This document shows positions 44,183 to 51,828 of a stretch of DNA of 55,401 nt, one piece after another. The stretch is from positions 1 through 55,401 of the forward strand of contig JBARNX010000043.1 in NCBI GenBank assembly GCA_049641805.1, written 5' to 3'. How positions within the stretch are numbered: the first letter of the stretch is position 1; each line of letters starts with the position of its first letter. This DNA is from Minisyncoccales bacterium. GTDB taxonomy: Bacteria; Patescibacteriota; Minisyncoccia; Minisyncoccales; UBA5738. The position numbers were made by a program, and so were the translations under genes. The notes beneath the pieces were generated by a model. The model did not search any database, was not told the origin of the DNA, and was given only the letters and a program-made list of their open reading frames with translations.

Positions 44183-44240
44183 CTCGAATATCGAATATCG
44201 AAATCCGAAACAAGTTCGCGCTTCGGGTTTCGAATTTTAA
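44183..44240. repeat. Family-E hairpin, copy E2
   Basis: GAATATCGAATATCGAAATCCGAAACAAG-TTCGCG-CTTCGGGTTTCGAATT. Confidence 0.5.
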
Positions 44241-44271
44241 CTCGGTTACATCTTATCACAAAGCCCGCCTC

Positions 44272-44300
44272 TTGCCAATTCATCGAAAATATCTTATTAT
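44272..44300 (+). promoter_or_regulatory. Candidate sigma-70-type promoter for rpmB
   Basis: TTGCCA, a 17-nt spacer, then TATTAT, ending 21 nt upstream of the rpmB ATG. The AT-rich context makes chance matches likely. Confidence 0.35.
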
Positions 44301-44321
44301 AGCTCTGTTAACAAAATATCT

Positions 44322-44513
44322 ATGTCAAAAATTTGCGCATTGTGCGGAAAACAAGGAATGATGACTTGGTCGCGCGTCCGCTTGAGGGCAACCAAGTTCA
44401 ACCCCACCGCCAAAAGAAAACAATATCCCAATTTGCAATCGACAACTTTACCCACCGGGAAAAAAGTAACCGCTTGCGCCAAATGCATCAAAACATTGAA
44501 CAAAACCAAATAG
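44322..44513 (+). CDS. rpmB: 50S ribosomal protein L28 (Cys4 form)
   Basis: MSKICALCGK.......S........R...PNLQ........G.KV..C.KC.K. Confidence 0.8.
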   Translation: MSKICALCGKQGMMTWSRVRLRATKFNPTAKRKQYPNLQSTTLPTGKKVTACAKCIKTLNKTK

Positions 44514-44545
44514 CCCATAAGCAATGGACGGTTTGTTCGCTTGCC

Positions 44546-44566
44546 AATCCGCCGCAAAAGCGGATT
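44546..44566 (+). terminator. Weak hairpin after rpmB
   Basis: AATCCGC-CGCAAAA-GCGGATT, followed by GTTGCTTATT. Confidence 0.35.
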
Positions 44567-44671
44567 GTTGCTTATTCCGTTAATTCCAAAATTTCCAATA
44601 TCCAATTTCAAAATAAATGTTAAAATTCCATAATATCAAAATGGGACGCGTTAAATTTTGACATTTGGGAA

Positions 44672-44742
44672 CGGGTTGTATTACAACGGCAGTATGTGCC
44701 CTTGGGGTGGGTACGATCCGGGTTCAATTCCCGGCAGCCCGA
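44672..44742 (+). tRNA. tRNA-Pro (anticodon GGG), no encoded CCA, weak D stem
   Basis: CGGGUUG UA UUAC AACGGCA GUAU G UGCCC UUGGGGU GGGUA CGAU CCGGG UUCAAUU CCCGG CAGCCCG A. G37 is typical of Pro. One U-U mismatch in the D stem. Confidence 0.75.
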
Positions 44743-44800
44743 CAAACAAAACTAGTTGCGTTTGAAATAATTTTTTAAAAAACCGGCACAACACCGGCGA

Positions 44801-44824
44801 AATCCGGCTTCGCCGGATTTTTTG
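44801..44824 (+). terminator. Rho-independent terminator after tRNA-Pro
   Basis: AATCCGGC-TTC-GCCGGATT, followed by TTTTGTTGTTTTT. Confidence 0.75.
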
Positions 44825-44887
44825 TTGTTTTTCCCAAAACCATTGATTGGATTTGAAGACGCGGCGAAAATTCAATATACTGATTTA

Positions 44888-47413
44888 ATGGATATTTTTT
44901 CTAACTCGACAAAAGGAACGGATGAGATCCTCTCAAAATTGGGCACCGATTTAAAAAACGGCCTTGATACGCAAACCGTCGCGCGGCGGCAAGAGAAATA
45001 CGGCAAAAACAACCTTGCCCTGAGAGAAACCGCGGGCTGGCATATTTTTTTCCGCCAATTCAAGTCGGCGTTCGTTTATCTCTTGATCGCGGCCATAACC
45101 ATCACCTTTTTTCTGGGCGAATGGATCGACGCGCTGATGATCTTGATCTTCCTGGCAATCAACGGCGGTTTGGGATTCTATCAGGAATTCAGCTCGGAAA
45201 AAACCTCCCAGCTATTGAATAAATTCGCGTTGCCCCGGGCTAAAGTATTGAGAAACGGAAGAACGGAACAAATAACCGCCGATGCCTTGGTTCCCGGAGA
45301 CATAGTGATACTTGAAACCGGCAACCGAGTACCGGCCGATCTGCGGCTGATCGAAACGGATAATACAATCATCGACGAAACGATTTTAACCGGCGAATCG
45401 GCCCCGGTTCATAAAAATTCCATAACTCTGAAGGCAAAACCCGCTTCTTACGGTCAAGCCGCCAACTTGGCGTTTTCGGGTACCGATGTCCTTAAAGGCG
45501 AAGCGCGCGGCATAGTAATCGCCACAGGCAAGGATACGGTTTTCGGCCAAATCGCCAAACTGGCCGGTGAAACAAAAAAAGAAAGCGATTTCGAAAAAGG
45601 CATCCGGCGTTTTTCGCAATTCATTTTAAAACTGGTCGGAATAACGCTTTTAGTGGTTTTCTCCGCCCATTTGCTTATCAGCCGCGACGGCATCGATATT
45701 TTTGAACTGGTAATTTTTTTGGTGGCTTTGACCGTAAGCGTCATCCCCGAAGCCCTGCCGCTGGTAACCACTTTTTCCCTGTCCCGAGGCGCCAAACGGC
45801 TGGCAAAGAAAAAAGTCATCGTCAAACGACTGTCCGCAATTGAAGATTTGGGAAGTATGGAAATCCTGTGCAGCGACAAAACGGGCACATTGACGGAAAA
45901 TCGTCTGGCGATTGCCGATGTTTATTCGCAAAACCGCGATCAAACAATATGGATGGCCAATCTGGCGTCTTCCTTCGAACTGGAATCGAAAATCGAACCG
46001 TTTGACATCGCGCTGGAAAAAGGATTGTCCGTCGAACAAAAAAAGAAAATCAAAGCGGCGGTTAAAATATCGGAAAATACTTTTGATCCCGAATCAAGAT
46101 TGAATTCGGCGGCGGTTCTGGCCGGCGGCAAAATTTTTCTGGTCAAAAGAGGCGCTCCGGAAGCGATTATCGCATCGTGCGCGGGATTGGCAAAAACCGA
46201 GAAAGAAAATATCAATGAATGGATAAGCCGGCAGGGCAAACAAGGCCGCCGGGTTTTGGCCGTTGCCTGCCGGGAATTCGAAGCCGGCGGCAAAAAAAAC
46301 TGCGACTATGACCGCCGGCTTTCCCGGCGCGATTTCATATTCGCCGGGGTTGTTTCTTTTGTCGATCCGATCAAAAAAAGCTCGTTTGCCACTGTCAAAC
46401 AAGCGGAAAAACTCGGAGTCAAGATAATCATTATAACCGGCGACAATCCCGAAGTCGCCGGAGCGGTCGCCTGCGAGATCGGCTTGATCGAAACGCCGGA
46501 GAAAGTGGTAACCGAAGAACAGTGGCGCCGGGCCAACGCCGAAAAACGCCGTTATTTTCTGGAAAATTACCGCGTGTTCGCCCGCATCACGCCCGAGGAA
46601 AAATTCGCAATCATTGAGGCATTGCGCGGCGCGCATACGGTCGGCTTCTTGGGAGAAGGCATCAATGACGCCGCGGCATTGAAGATCGCCGGCGTATCGA
46701 TGGCGGTCGACAGCGCCTCCGATATCGCGCGCGAAGCCTCGGATATTATTTTACTGGAAAAGAATTTGGATGTCGTCATCGAAGGCATCAGGGAAGGCCG
46801 CCAGATATTTGCCAATACTGCCAAATACATCAAATCAACACTGGCATCCAACTTTGGAAATTTCTTCGCCGTGGCCATCGCCTCCTTGATAGTCGATTTC
46901 CTGCCAATGCTTCCGATCCAAATACTGCTGGTCAATTTGCTGTCCGATGCCCCGATGATCTCGATTTCCACCGATACGGTCCAAGAGAATGAACTTAAAT
47001 CGCCCAAAAAATATCAAACCAACGAGATTATCATCATCTCTATGATCCTAGGCATGGTCAGCACGGTTTTTGACTTTATATTTTTTTCGTCTTTTTACCG
47101 CGCTTCTCCGGAAGTCCTGCGAACCAATTGGTTCATCGGCAGTATTTTGACGGAATTGGCGCTGTTGTTTTCCATCCGCACCACAACCCATTTTTTGAAA
47201 GCAAAACGCCCTTCGCTGCCGATAATCGCCTTAAGCGCCGCCACTTTAATTCTGACCGTCGGCCTTCCCTATACGGCTTTCGGACAGGAAGTTTTTCGAT
47301 TCGTCGCGCCGGCGCCGACTCATCTGGGATGGATATTTTTACTGGTGTCCGCGTATTTCGCCGTTTCCGAAACGGTGAAATTGCTTTATTACAAAAACCG
47401 GGCAAAAGCTTAG
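44888..47413 (+). CDS. Cation-transporting P-type ATPase (P2/P3-like, Mg2+/Ca2+-type; ion not assignable)
   Basis: TGES.PV, CSDKTGTLTEN (phospho-Asp), ITGDN and GEGINDAAALK.A. The track start at 44822 overlaps the tRNA terminator and was trimmed to the ATG at 44888. Confidence 0.88.
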   Translation: MDIFSNSTKGTDEILSKLGTDLKNGLDTQTVARRQEKYGKNNLALRETAGWHIFFRQFKSAFVYLLIAAITITFFLGEWIDALMILIFLAINGGLGFYQEFSSEKTSQLLNKFALPRAKVLRNGRTEQITADALVPGDIVILETGNRVPADLRLIETDNTIIDETILTGESAPVHKNSITLKAKPASYGQAANLAFSGTDVLKGEARGIVIATGKDTVFGQIAKLAGETKKESDFEKGIRRFSQFILKLVGITLLVVFSAHLLISRDGIDIFELVIFLVALTVSVIPEALPLVTTFSLSRGAKRLAKKKVIVKRLSAIEDLGSMEILCSDKTGTLTENRLAIADVYSQNRDQTIWMANLASSFELESKIEPFDIALEKGLSVEQKKKIKAAVKISENTFDPESRLNSAAVLAGGKIFLVKRGAPEAIIASCAGLAKTEKENINEWISRQGKQGRRVLAVACREFEAGGKKNCDYDRRLSRRDFIFAGVVSFVDPIKKSSFATVKQAEKLGVKIIIITGDNPEVAGAVACEIGLIETPEKVVTEEQWRRANAEKRRYFLENYRVFARITPEEKFAIIEALRGAHTVGFLGEGINDAAALKIAGVSMAVDSASDIAREASDIILLEKNLDVVIEGIREGRQIFANTAKYIKSTLASNFGNFFAVAIASLIVDFLPMLPIQILLVNLLSDAPMISISTDTVQENELKSPKKYQTNEIIIISMILGMVSTVFDFIFFSSFYRASPEVLRTNWFIGSILTELALLFSIRTTTHFLKAKRPSLPIIALSAATLILTVGLPYTAFGQEVFRFVAPAPTHLGWIFLLVSAYFAVSETVKLLYYKNRAKA

Positions 47414-47887
47414 GAGGCTTTCATAAATCTCTAAAATTTCAAAAATGCGGCGCGCCTCGTTATGGCGATGTTTCTCCAAGCCAAAGTTACTAAAAAATCC
47501 CTCGACAAGCTCGGGATTCTTTAGTAACCCTGTGAAAAAGTAATTCCACAAATATAGGTGGGTGCCAAGGCCTCCGCCACGGCGGAGGACCATTTCAAGC
47601 TCCCGTGGATGTTGTGTTGGAAAACTTTTATTACAGGGTTGTTTTGAGTATAACCAACCCCAGAACCTTGTCAAATCCCACTTATCCCCAATTATTAAAC
47701 AAAATTAACCCTGATTTTCGCCAAGTTCAAACCCGGTTTTTTCATAAATTCACGATTAAATTACCTTGAATTGCAAAACAAGCATTGGGGAAATTTCACC
47801 AAATGCGGCGGTAACCGCGCAAATTTTAGGTAAAAAATATTTGAAAAACAATATGCCTATTTTTAAAAATTGTCAATAGTAGCACAA

Positions 47888-47912
47888 CTAAAAATCCCGC
47901 AATAACGGGATT
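47888..47912 (-). terminator. Second (distal) terminator of the 47992-49065 gene
   Basis: The minus strand reads AAUCCCG-UUAUUG-CGGGAUU-UUUUAG. Confidence 0.65.
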
Positions 47913-47939
47913 AAAAAATAAATTCAAATACAGTTTGGC

Positions 47940-47979
47940 AAAGGTCTAACCCCCGCGATTACGCGGGGGTTAGACCTTT
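47940..47979. terminator. Perfect 18-bp GC-rich hairpin 13 nt downstream of the 47992 stop
   Basis: AAAGGTCTAACCCCCGCG-ATTA-CGCGGGGGTTAGACCTTT. Confidence 0.7.
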
Positions 47980-47991
47980 GAAATACAAAAT

Positions 47992-49065
47992 TCAAATACC
48001 CAAGGTTTGCACCAATTGCTTAATTAGCGATACCGCTACGGCTGGGGCTTGGAGGCTTACCGAGAGGCGGCCTTCATCGTCTTTCACGGTCCATGGTTTT
48101 TCGACAATGTTCACTTTCTTGTTGGCCGCGTCATAGGAATATTCGTAACCCGAGGTCAATTCGTAGTCGTCGACATAATCTTTGGCGACTTCAACCGGTA
48201 TGGCATTGCGCAAAAACATCTTGGGAAGGCCGTGCAATTCCATGGCTTTTTCCATCAGTTTCTGGTCGGTTTCCAAACGCTGGCGGATGGGCTCGATCCC
48301 CAATTCGTCGCCTTCCTTGGCCACCAATTTTTGTTTGTCGAAACCGGAACACGCCGGATTGTCGCAAATCAAATAAAATTCTTCCGTTTTTTCATCGTAA
48401 CCGACATTAGCCGTGGGCAACAATCCTAAATTGCGCGATGTGTTACAGGCCGGGCAAATCCGGCGGCCGGCGATGCGGCCGGCAATCACATTGGTCGGCA
48501 CATCGATAAACGCCATAATATCCGCGTCGTCGCGGGCGCCGATAAGTTCGCGGAAAAACAGCGAATAAGACACTTGGTCCATATCGCGCGGAAATCCGTC
48601 GATAAAAATCGTTTTCTTGGATTTCTTGGCAATCTCCATTTTAATCAGCGCCAGAATCAATTCGGTCGGCAAGAGCGTTTTGGTGTCGCGGCCTTCAATG
48701 GCCGGGATCAATTTTTCCACCGCGATCCAGCCGCGATAATTTTTCTTAAGGTATTCGGTAATTTCCTGTTTTTTGGATTCATCTTGAATATCCTTGGAAA
48801 TCCCGCGAATCATATCGCCCACGGAAAAATGCTCAAGTTTGTCGGCGCCCAGCAATTCGGCCAGCATTTTGGAATAAGTGCCTTTGCCGGAATTTTTTTT
48901 GCCCAAAAGATAAACAATAAAAGTATTGTCTTTGACATATTCCTTCAACTTTTCGATTTCCTCCCCGGCCTTGTAATAAAAATAATCGTTGCGCTCCTTG
49001 GGGTCGGTCAGATTAAACTTGCGATCCTTGCCTTCCATTTTGGTTTTGAAAATTGGAAAATCCAT
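47992..49065 (-). CDS. Adenylate/nucleoside-monophosphate kinase-like protein, 357 aa, with a Zn-type LID and a ~120-aa C-terminal extension
   Basis: P-loop LLGKKNSGKGTYSKML. DGFPR. LID GRRICPACN...CDNPAC. The C-terminal region has no motif I recognise. Confidence 0.65.
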   Translation of the reverse strand: MDFPIFKTKMEGKDRKFNLTDPKERNDYFYYKAGEEIEKLKEYVKDNTFIVYLLGKKNSGKGTYSKMLAELLGADKLEHFSVGDMIRGISKDIQDESKKQEITEYLKKNYRGWIAVEKLIPAIEGRDTKTLLPTELILALIKMEIAKKSKKTIFIDGFPRDMDQVSYSLFFRELIGARDDADIMAFIDVPTNVIAGRIAGRRICPACNTSRNLGLLPTANVGYDEKTEEFYLICDNPACSGFDKQKLVAKEGDELGIEPIRQRLETDQKLMEKAMELHGLPKMFLRNAIPVEVAKDYVDDYELTSGYEYSYDAANKKVNIVEKPWTVKDDEGRLSVSLQAPAVAVSLIKQLVQTLGI

Positions 49066-49074
49066 GAATTTAGT

Positions 49075-49190
49075 TGAAAATTAAAAAATCAAAGATCAAA
49101 ATGACAATGCAAAATGTTAAAATGTCGCGATTTGGACATTTTTTCACTTTAAATTGTCATTTTACATTTTGATTTTTACATTTTACATTT
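49075..49190. repeat. Family-B hairpin repeat, copy B2
   Basis: AAAAATCAAAGATCAAAATGACAATGCAAAATGTTAAAATGTCGCGATTTGGACATTTTTTCACTTTAAATTGTCATTTTACATTTTGATTTTTAC. Confidence 0.85.
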
Positions 49191-50091
49191 ACTTTTCCGT
49201 CTTTAAGAAAAGGAGTTCGCCGTCGGTTTTAAAAACAATATCGCCGTTTTGGTCGGTTCTCAATGTTTTAATATCATACTTTGCCAACAAATCCAAGGTC
49301 TCCTGATGCGGATGGCCGTAGGAGTTGTTCAATCCCGCGGAAATCACGGCCGCGGCGGGAAACAGCCCCGCGGTAAACGCCTCATCAACCGAAGTTTTGC
49401 TGCCGTGGTGCGCCACTTTCAAAACATCGGCCGGTTCGGGATCAACTGAAAACGCGGTTTTTTCTTCCTTAACGGTGGCATCGCCCGTAAATAAAAACGA
49501 TCTCCGACCGTAAACCAAGCGCGCCACCACCGAGGAATCATTGGCGCTTTGGCTGGAATTCAAAACACCGCCGGTCGGCGCCAAAATTTTCAAAACGCAA
49601 TCAGGATCAAACCCAAGAACAAGCATCCGGCCCGGCCGCGCGATTACCAAATTAGCGCCTTCCTTGGCAATCAAATCGCCCCATTCTTCGCTTTCCGCGT
49701 TATCCTTGACGGCCCCCGACCAAATGATATTGCGCACTTGATAATTCTTAAGCACCGCCAGCAATCCGGCCAAATGATCGCGATCGGCATGGGATAAGAC
49801 CACCCAATCAATATCACGGTCATAAAATGGCATCGCGGCCCCCAATTTATCCAGCACCGCGCCGCCGGGTCCGCCATCAATCAAAATTTGGACTCCGTTG
49901 GGCAATTGCGCAAAAGCCGCGTCTCCCTGGCCCACATCAAAAAATTTCACTTCCAAGTATTTCCTCTGCGAATTTCCAAAAATCGCCAGCCAAACAAAGA
50001 AATTGGCCAGCGCCAATCCCAAAACCAGCCATTTTATCCATTGATCTTGTTTCTCACCCGCTTTTCGCGAATTTTCGCCCGGTTTCTCCAT
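49189..50091 (-). CDS. ComEC/Rec2-related metallo-beta-lactamase domain protein with a single N-terminal transmembrane helix (no competence channel domain)
   Basis: FDVGQGDA, LSHADRDHLAGL and VAHHGSKTS. Confidence 0.75.
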   Translation of the reverse strand: MEKPGENSRKAGEKQDQWIKWLVLGLALANFFVWLAIFGNSQRKYLEVKFFDVGQGDAAFAQLPNGVQILIDGGPGGAVLDKLGAAMPFYDRDIDWVVLSHADRDHLAGLLAVLKNYQVRNIIWSGAVKDNAESEEWGDLIAKEGANLVIARPGRMLVLGFDPDCVLKILAPTGGVLNSSQSANDSSVVARLVYGRRSFLFTGDATVKEEKTAFSVDPEPADVLKVAHHGSKTSVDEAFTAGLFPAAAVISAGLNNSYGHPHQETLDLLAKYDIKTLRTDQNGDIVFKTDGELLFLKTEK

Positions 50092-50283
50092 TCGACTATT
50101 CTAGCACATTGTCCAATTTTAAAGCGCCGGCTTTAAACCCGCGCTTTAAAATTTGATTCTTTTTATTCCCCGTCAGCTTGCTGCGGGAAACAAAAAGAAT
50201 GAGGATTCCAAAGGAAACATCCTTTGGTTGATGGCGGGGTTAATACCCCGACAGCAATGTATTTTTTATTTATTTTTTGAAAA

Positions 50284-50475
50284 TTATGCCGCGGCTGCGG
50301 CTGCGGCCTCCGCCTCCGCCTTGCCCATAATCTTAAACATCTTGGTGCCGCAAACCGGGCATTCGCCGGTCATCGCTTGGCGAACCATTCCGCCCTTGCC
50401 TTTCATTTCCACGGGTTTCTCGTTCTTCATTTCCTGTTTGGCCTTGCATTTAACGCAATATCCGATTGTTGCCAT
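50284..50475 (-). CDS. Small zinc-ribbon protein (DUF5679-like) with a poly-Ala/Glu tail
   Basis: 63 aa with CVKCKAK.EM......MKGKGG......G.CPVCGTKMF.I. Confidence 0.55.
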   Translation of the reverse strand: MATIGYCVKCKAKQEMKNEKPVEMKGKGGMVRQAMTGECPVCGTKMFKIMGKAEAEAAAAAAA

Positions 50476-50621
50476 GGTATTATTTATTATTTATTATTTT
50501 TACTTGTCCTTATTCGAACTTATTCAATATGCCGGTTTGATTAAAACGACCTTTAACCAGCCTAGATTCATTGCTTTATATAGAGTAATTGAGCTTAAAA
50601 ATTAAGTCAAGAGTAAAATCA

Positions 50622-50738
50622 ATTTAAAATTAAAAAATCAAAGATCAAAATGACAATACAAAATGTTAAAATGCCGCGATTTGGATATTTTTCAACTTTA
50701 AATTGTCATTTTCCATTTTGATTTTTTCATTTTACATT
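50622..50738. repeat. Family-B hairpin repeat, copy B3 (in the divergent 50475/50790 spacer)
   Basis: AAAAATCAAAGATCAAAATGACAATACAAAATGTTAAAATGCCGCGATTTGGATATTTTTCAACTTTAAATTGTCATTTTCCATTTTGATTTTTTC. Confidence 0.85.
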
Positions 50739-50789
50739 AAACGCGGTTTATTCTAATATAGAGCCATCTCGATCTAAATTTAAATAAAT

Positions 50790-51713
50790 ATGGCACAAGA
50801 AAAAATCTATGTCATCGGGCACAAATCGCCGGATACTGATACGGTTTGTTCGGCAATCGCCTATGCTGAATATCTCAAAAAAAACAAGATTGACGCGGTA
50901 GCCGCGGTTTGCGGAGATTTAAACCCGGAAACCAAGTTTGTTTTAAAGACCTTCGGTATCGATAAACCCAAAAAAATCGATTCGGTCGCGGGAAAAATCT
51001 TAACGCTGGTGGATCATAACGAAACCAGCCAAATGCCCGAGGGCGCGGATGCGGCCAGGATTATCGAAATCATCGACCATCATAAAATTTCTTTCGTATG
51101 TCCCGAGCCAATTAAATTTCACTCCGAACCGCTCGGCTCTACCGCCGCCATCGTGGCCAAGATAATGCTGGCCAACAAATTCAAAATCACCAAGCAACTG
51201 GCCGGAATCTTGGTTTCGGCGATCCTTTCGGACACCGTAGTCTTTAAATCAACCACGACCACGGAAACTGATATCAAAATCGCCAAAATTTTAGGCAAAA
51301 TCGCCAAAATCCCCAATTTGAAAACTTTCGGGATCGAAATCAAAAAACAAAAGGCCAGCCTCAAAGGAATGAACGCCGGCCAAATCCTGCGTTCGGATTT
51401 CAAAACCTTTGAAACAAACGGCAAAAAATTCGGCATCGGCCAGATCGAAGCGGTTGATTTGAAAGAAGCAAAAAACCGCGCCGCCGAACTTCTCAAAGAG
51501 ATGGAAAAAACAAACCAAAAAGAAGGATTGAGCTTCACCGCGCTGATGATCACCGACATCATCAACTGCGGTTCGGAAATTCTGATCGCCGGCAACGCCT
51601 CGACCATTGAAAAAGCTTTTGGCAAAACCTGCGCCAATAACGCGATTTATATGGAAAATATGATGTCCCGCAAAAAAGACCTCCTGCCTCCGGTAATGAA
51701 AGCCATCGGATAA
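50790..51713 (+). CDS. ppaC: Family II (Mn-dependent, DHH-DHHA2) inorganic pyrophosphatase
   Basis: VIGHKSPDTDTVCSAIAYA, LVDHNE, IIDHHK, SDT..FKS.TTT and GS. Confidence 0.85.
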   Translation: MAQEKIYVIGHKSPDTDTVCSAIAYAEYLKKNKIDAVAAVCGDLNPETKFVLKTFGIDKPKKIDSVAGKILTLVDHNETSQMPEGADAARIIEIIDHHKISFVCPEPIKFHSEPLGSTAAIVAKIMLANKFKITKQLAGILVSAILSDTVVFKSTTTTETDIKIAKILGKIAKIPNLKTFGIEIKKQKASLKGMNAGQILRSDFKTFETNGKKFGIGQIEAVDLKEAKNRAAELLKEMEKTNQKEGLSFTALMITDIINCGSEILIAGNASTIEKAFGKTCANNAIYMENMMSRKKDLLPPVMKAIG

Positions 51714-51732
51714 TTTCTTGCTATTGCCGAAA

Positions 51733-51789
51733 GCGAATTCGTGGAGATTTGATCTCCCAAAAGCTGAGATCAATTCTCCGCGAATTCGC
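51733..51789. other. 24-nt-arm hairpin between ppaC and ribE
   Basis: GCGAATTCGTGGAGATTTGATCTC / GAGATCAATTCTCCGCGAATTCGC with 2 mismatches. No following U tract. Confidence 0.6.
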
Positions 51790-51828
51790 GCCCGCGGATA
51801 ACACCCAGCAAATAATGTAACCAACAAT

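Noticed and set aside
44297-44611. A 104-aa minus-strand ORF overlapping rpmB.
   Set aside because: It is antisense to a clear L28 gene (MSKICALCGK...PNLQ...CAKC) and has no recognisable features of its own.
44743-44887. An Mg2+ (M-box) or other riboswitch upstream of the P-type ATPase. The CCGG-rich segment 44781-44820 can form alternative pairings.
   Set aside because: The region is too short for an M-box. The alternative pairings arise trivially from repeated self-complementary CCGG. The simplest reading is the terminator of tRNA-Pro.
47339-47674. A 111-aa minus-strand ORF in the gene desert after the ATPase, and the plus-strand ORF at 47128-47493.
   Set aside because: They overlap the ATPase 3' end and the GC-rich hairpins, and they have no motifs. 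The region is better explained as structured non-coding sequence.
50092-50120. An extended -10 promoter (TGCTAGAAT) ending 6 nt before the ComEC-like ATG, implying a leaderless mRNA.
   Set aside because: It is a single weak motif in AT-rich sequence with no -35. It is mentioned only as part of the general leaderless-mRNA hypothesis and cannot be supported as a feature.
51714-51828. An FMN riboswitch upstream of ribE-ribH.
   Set aside because: The spacer is only 115 nt. It consists mainly of one 24-nt-arm hairpin and has none of the conserved RFN sequence blocks.
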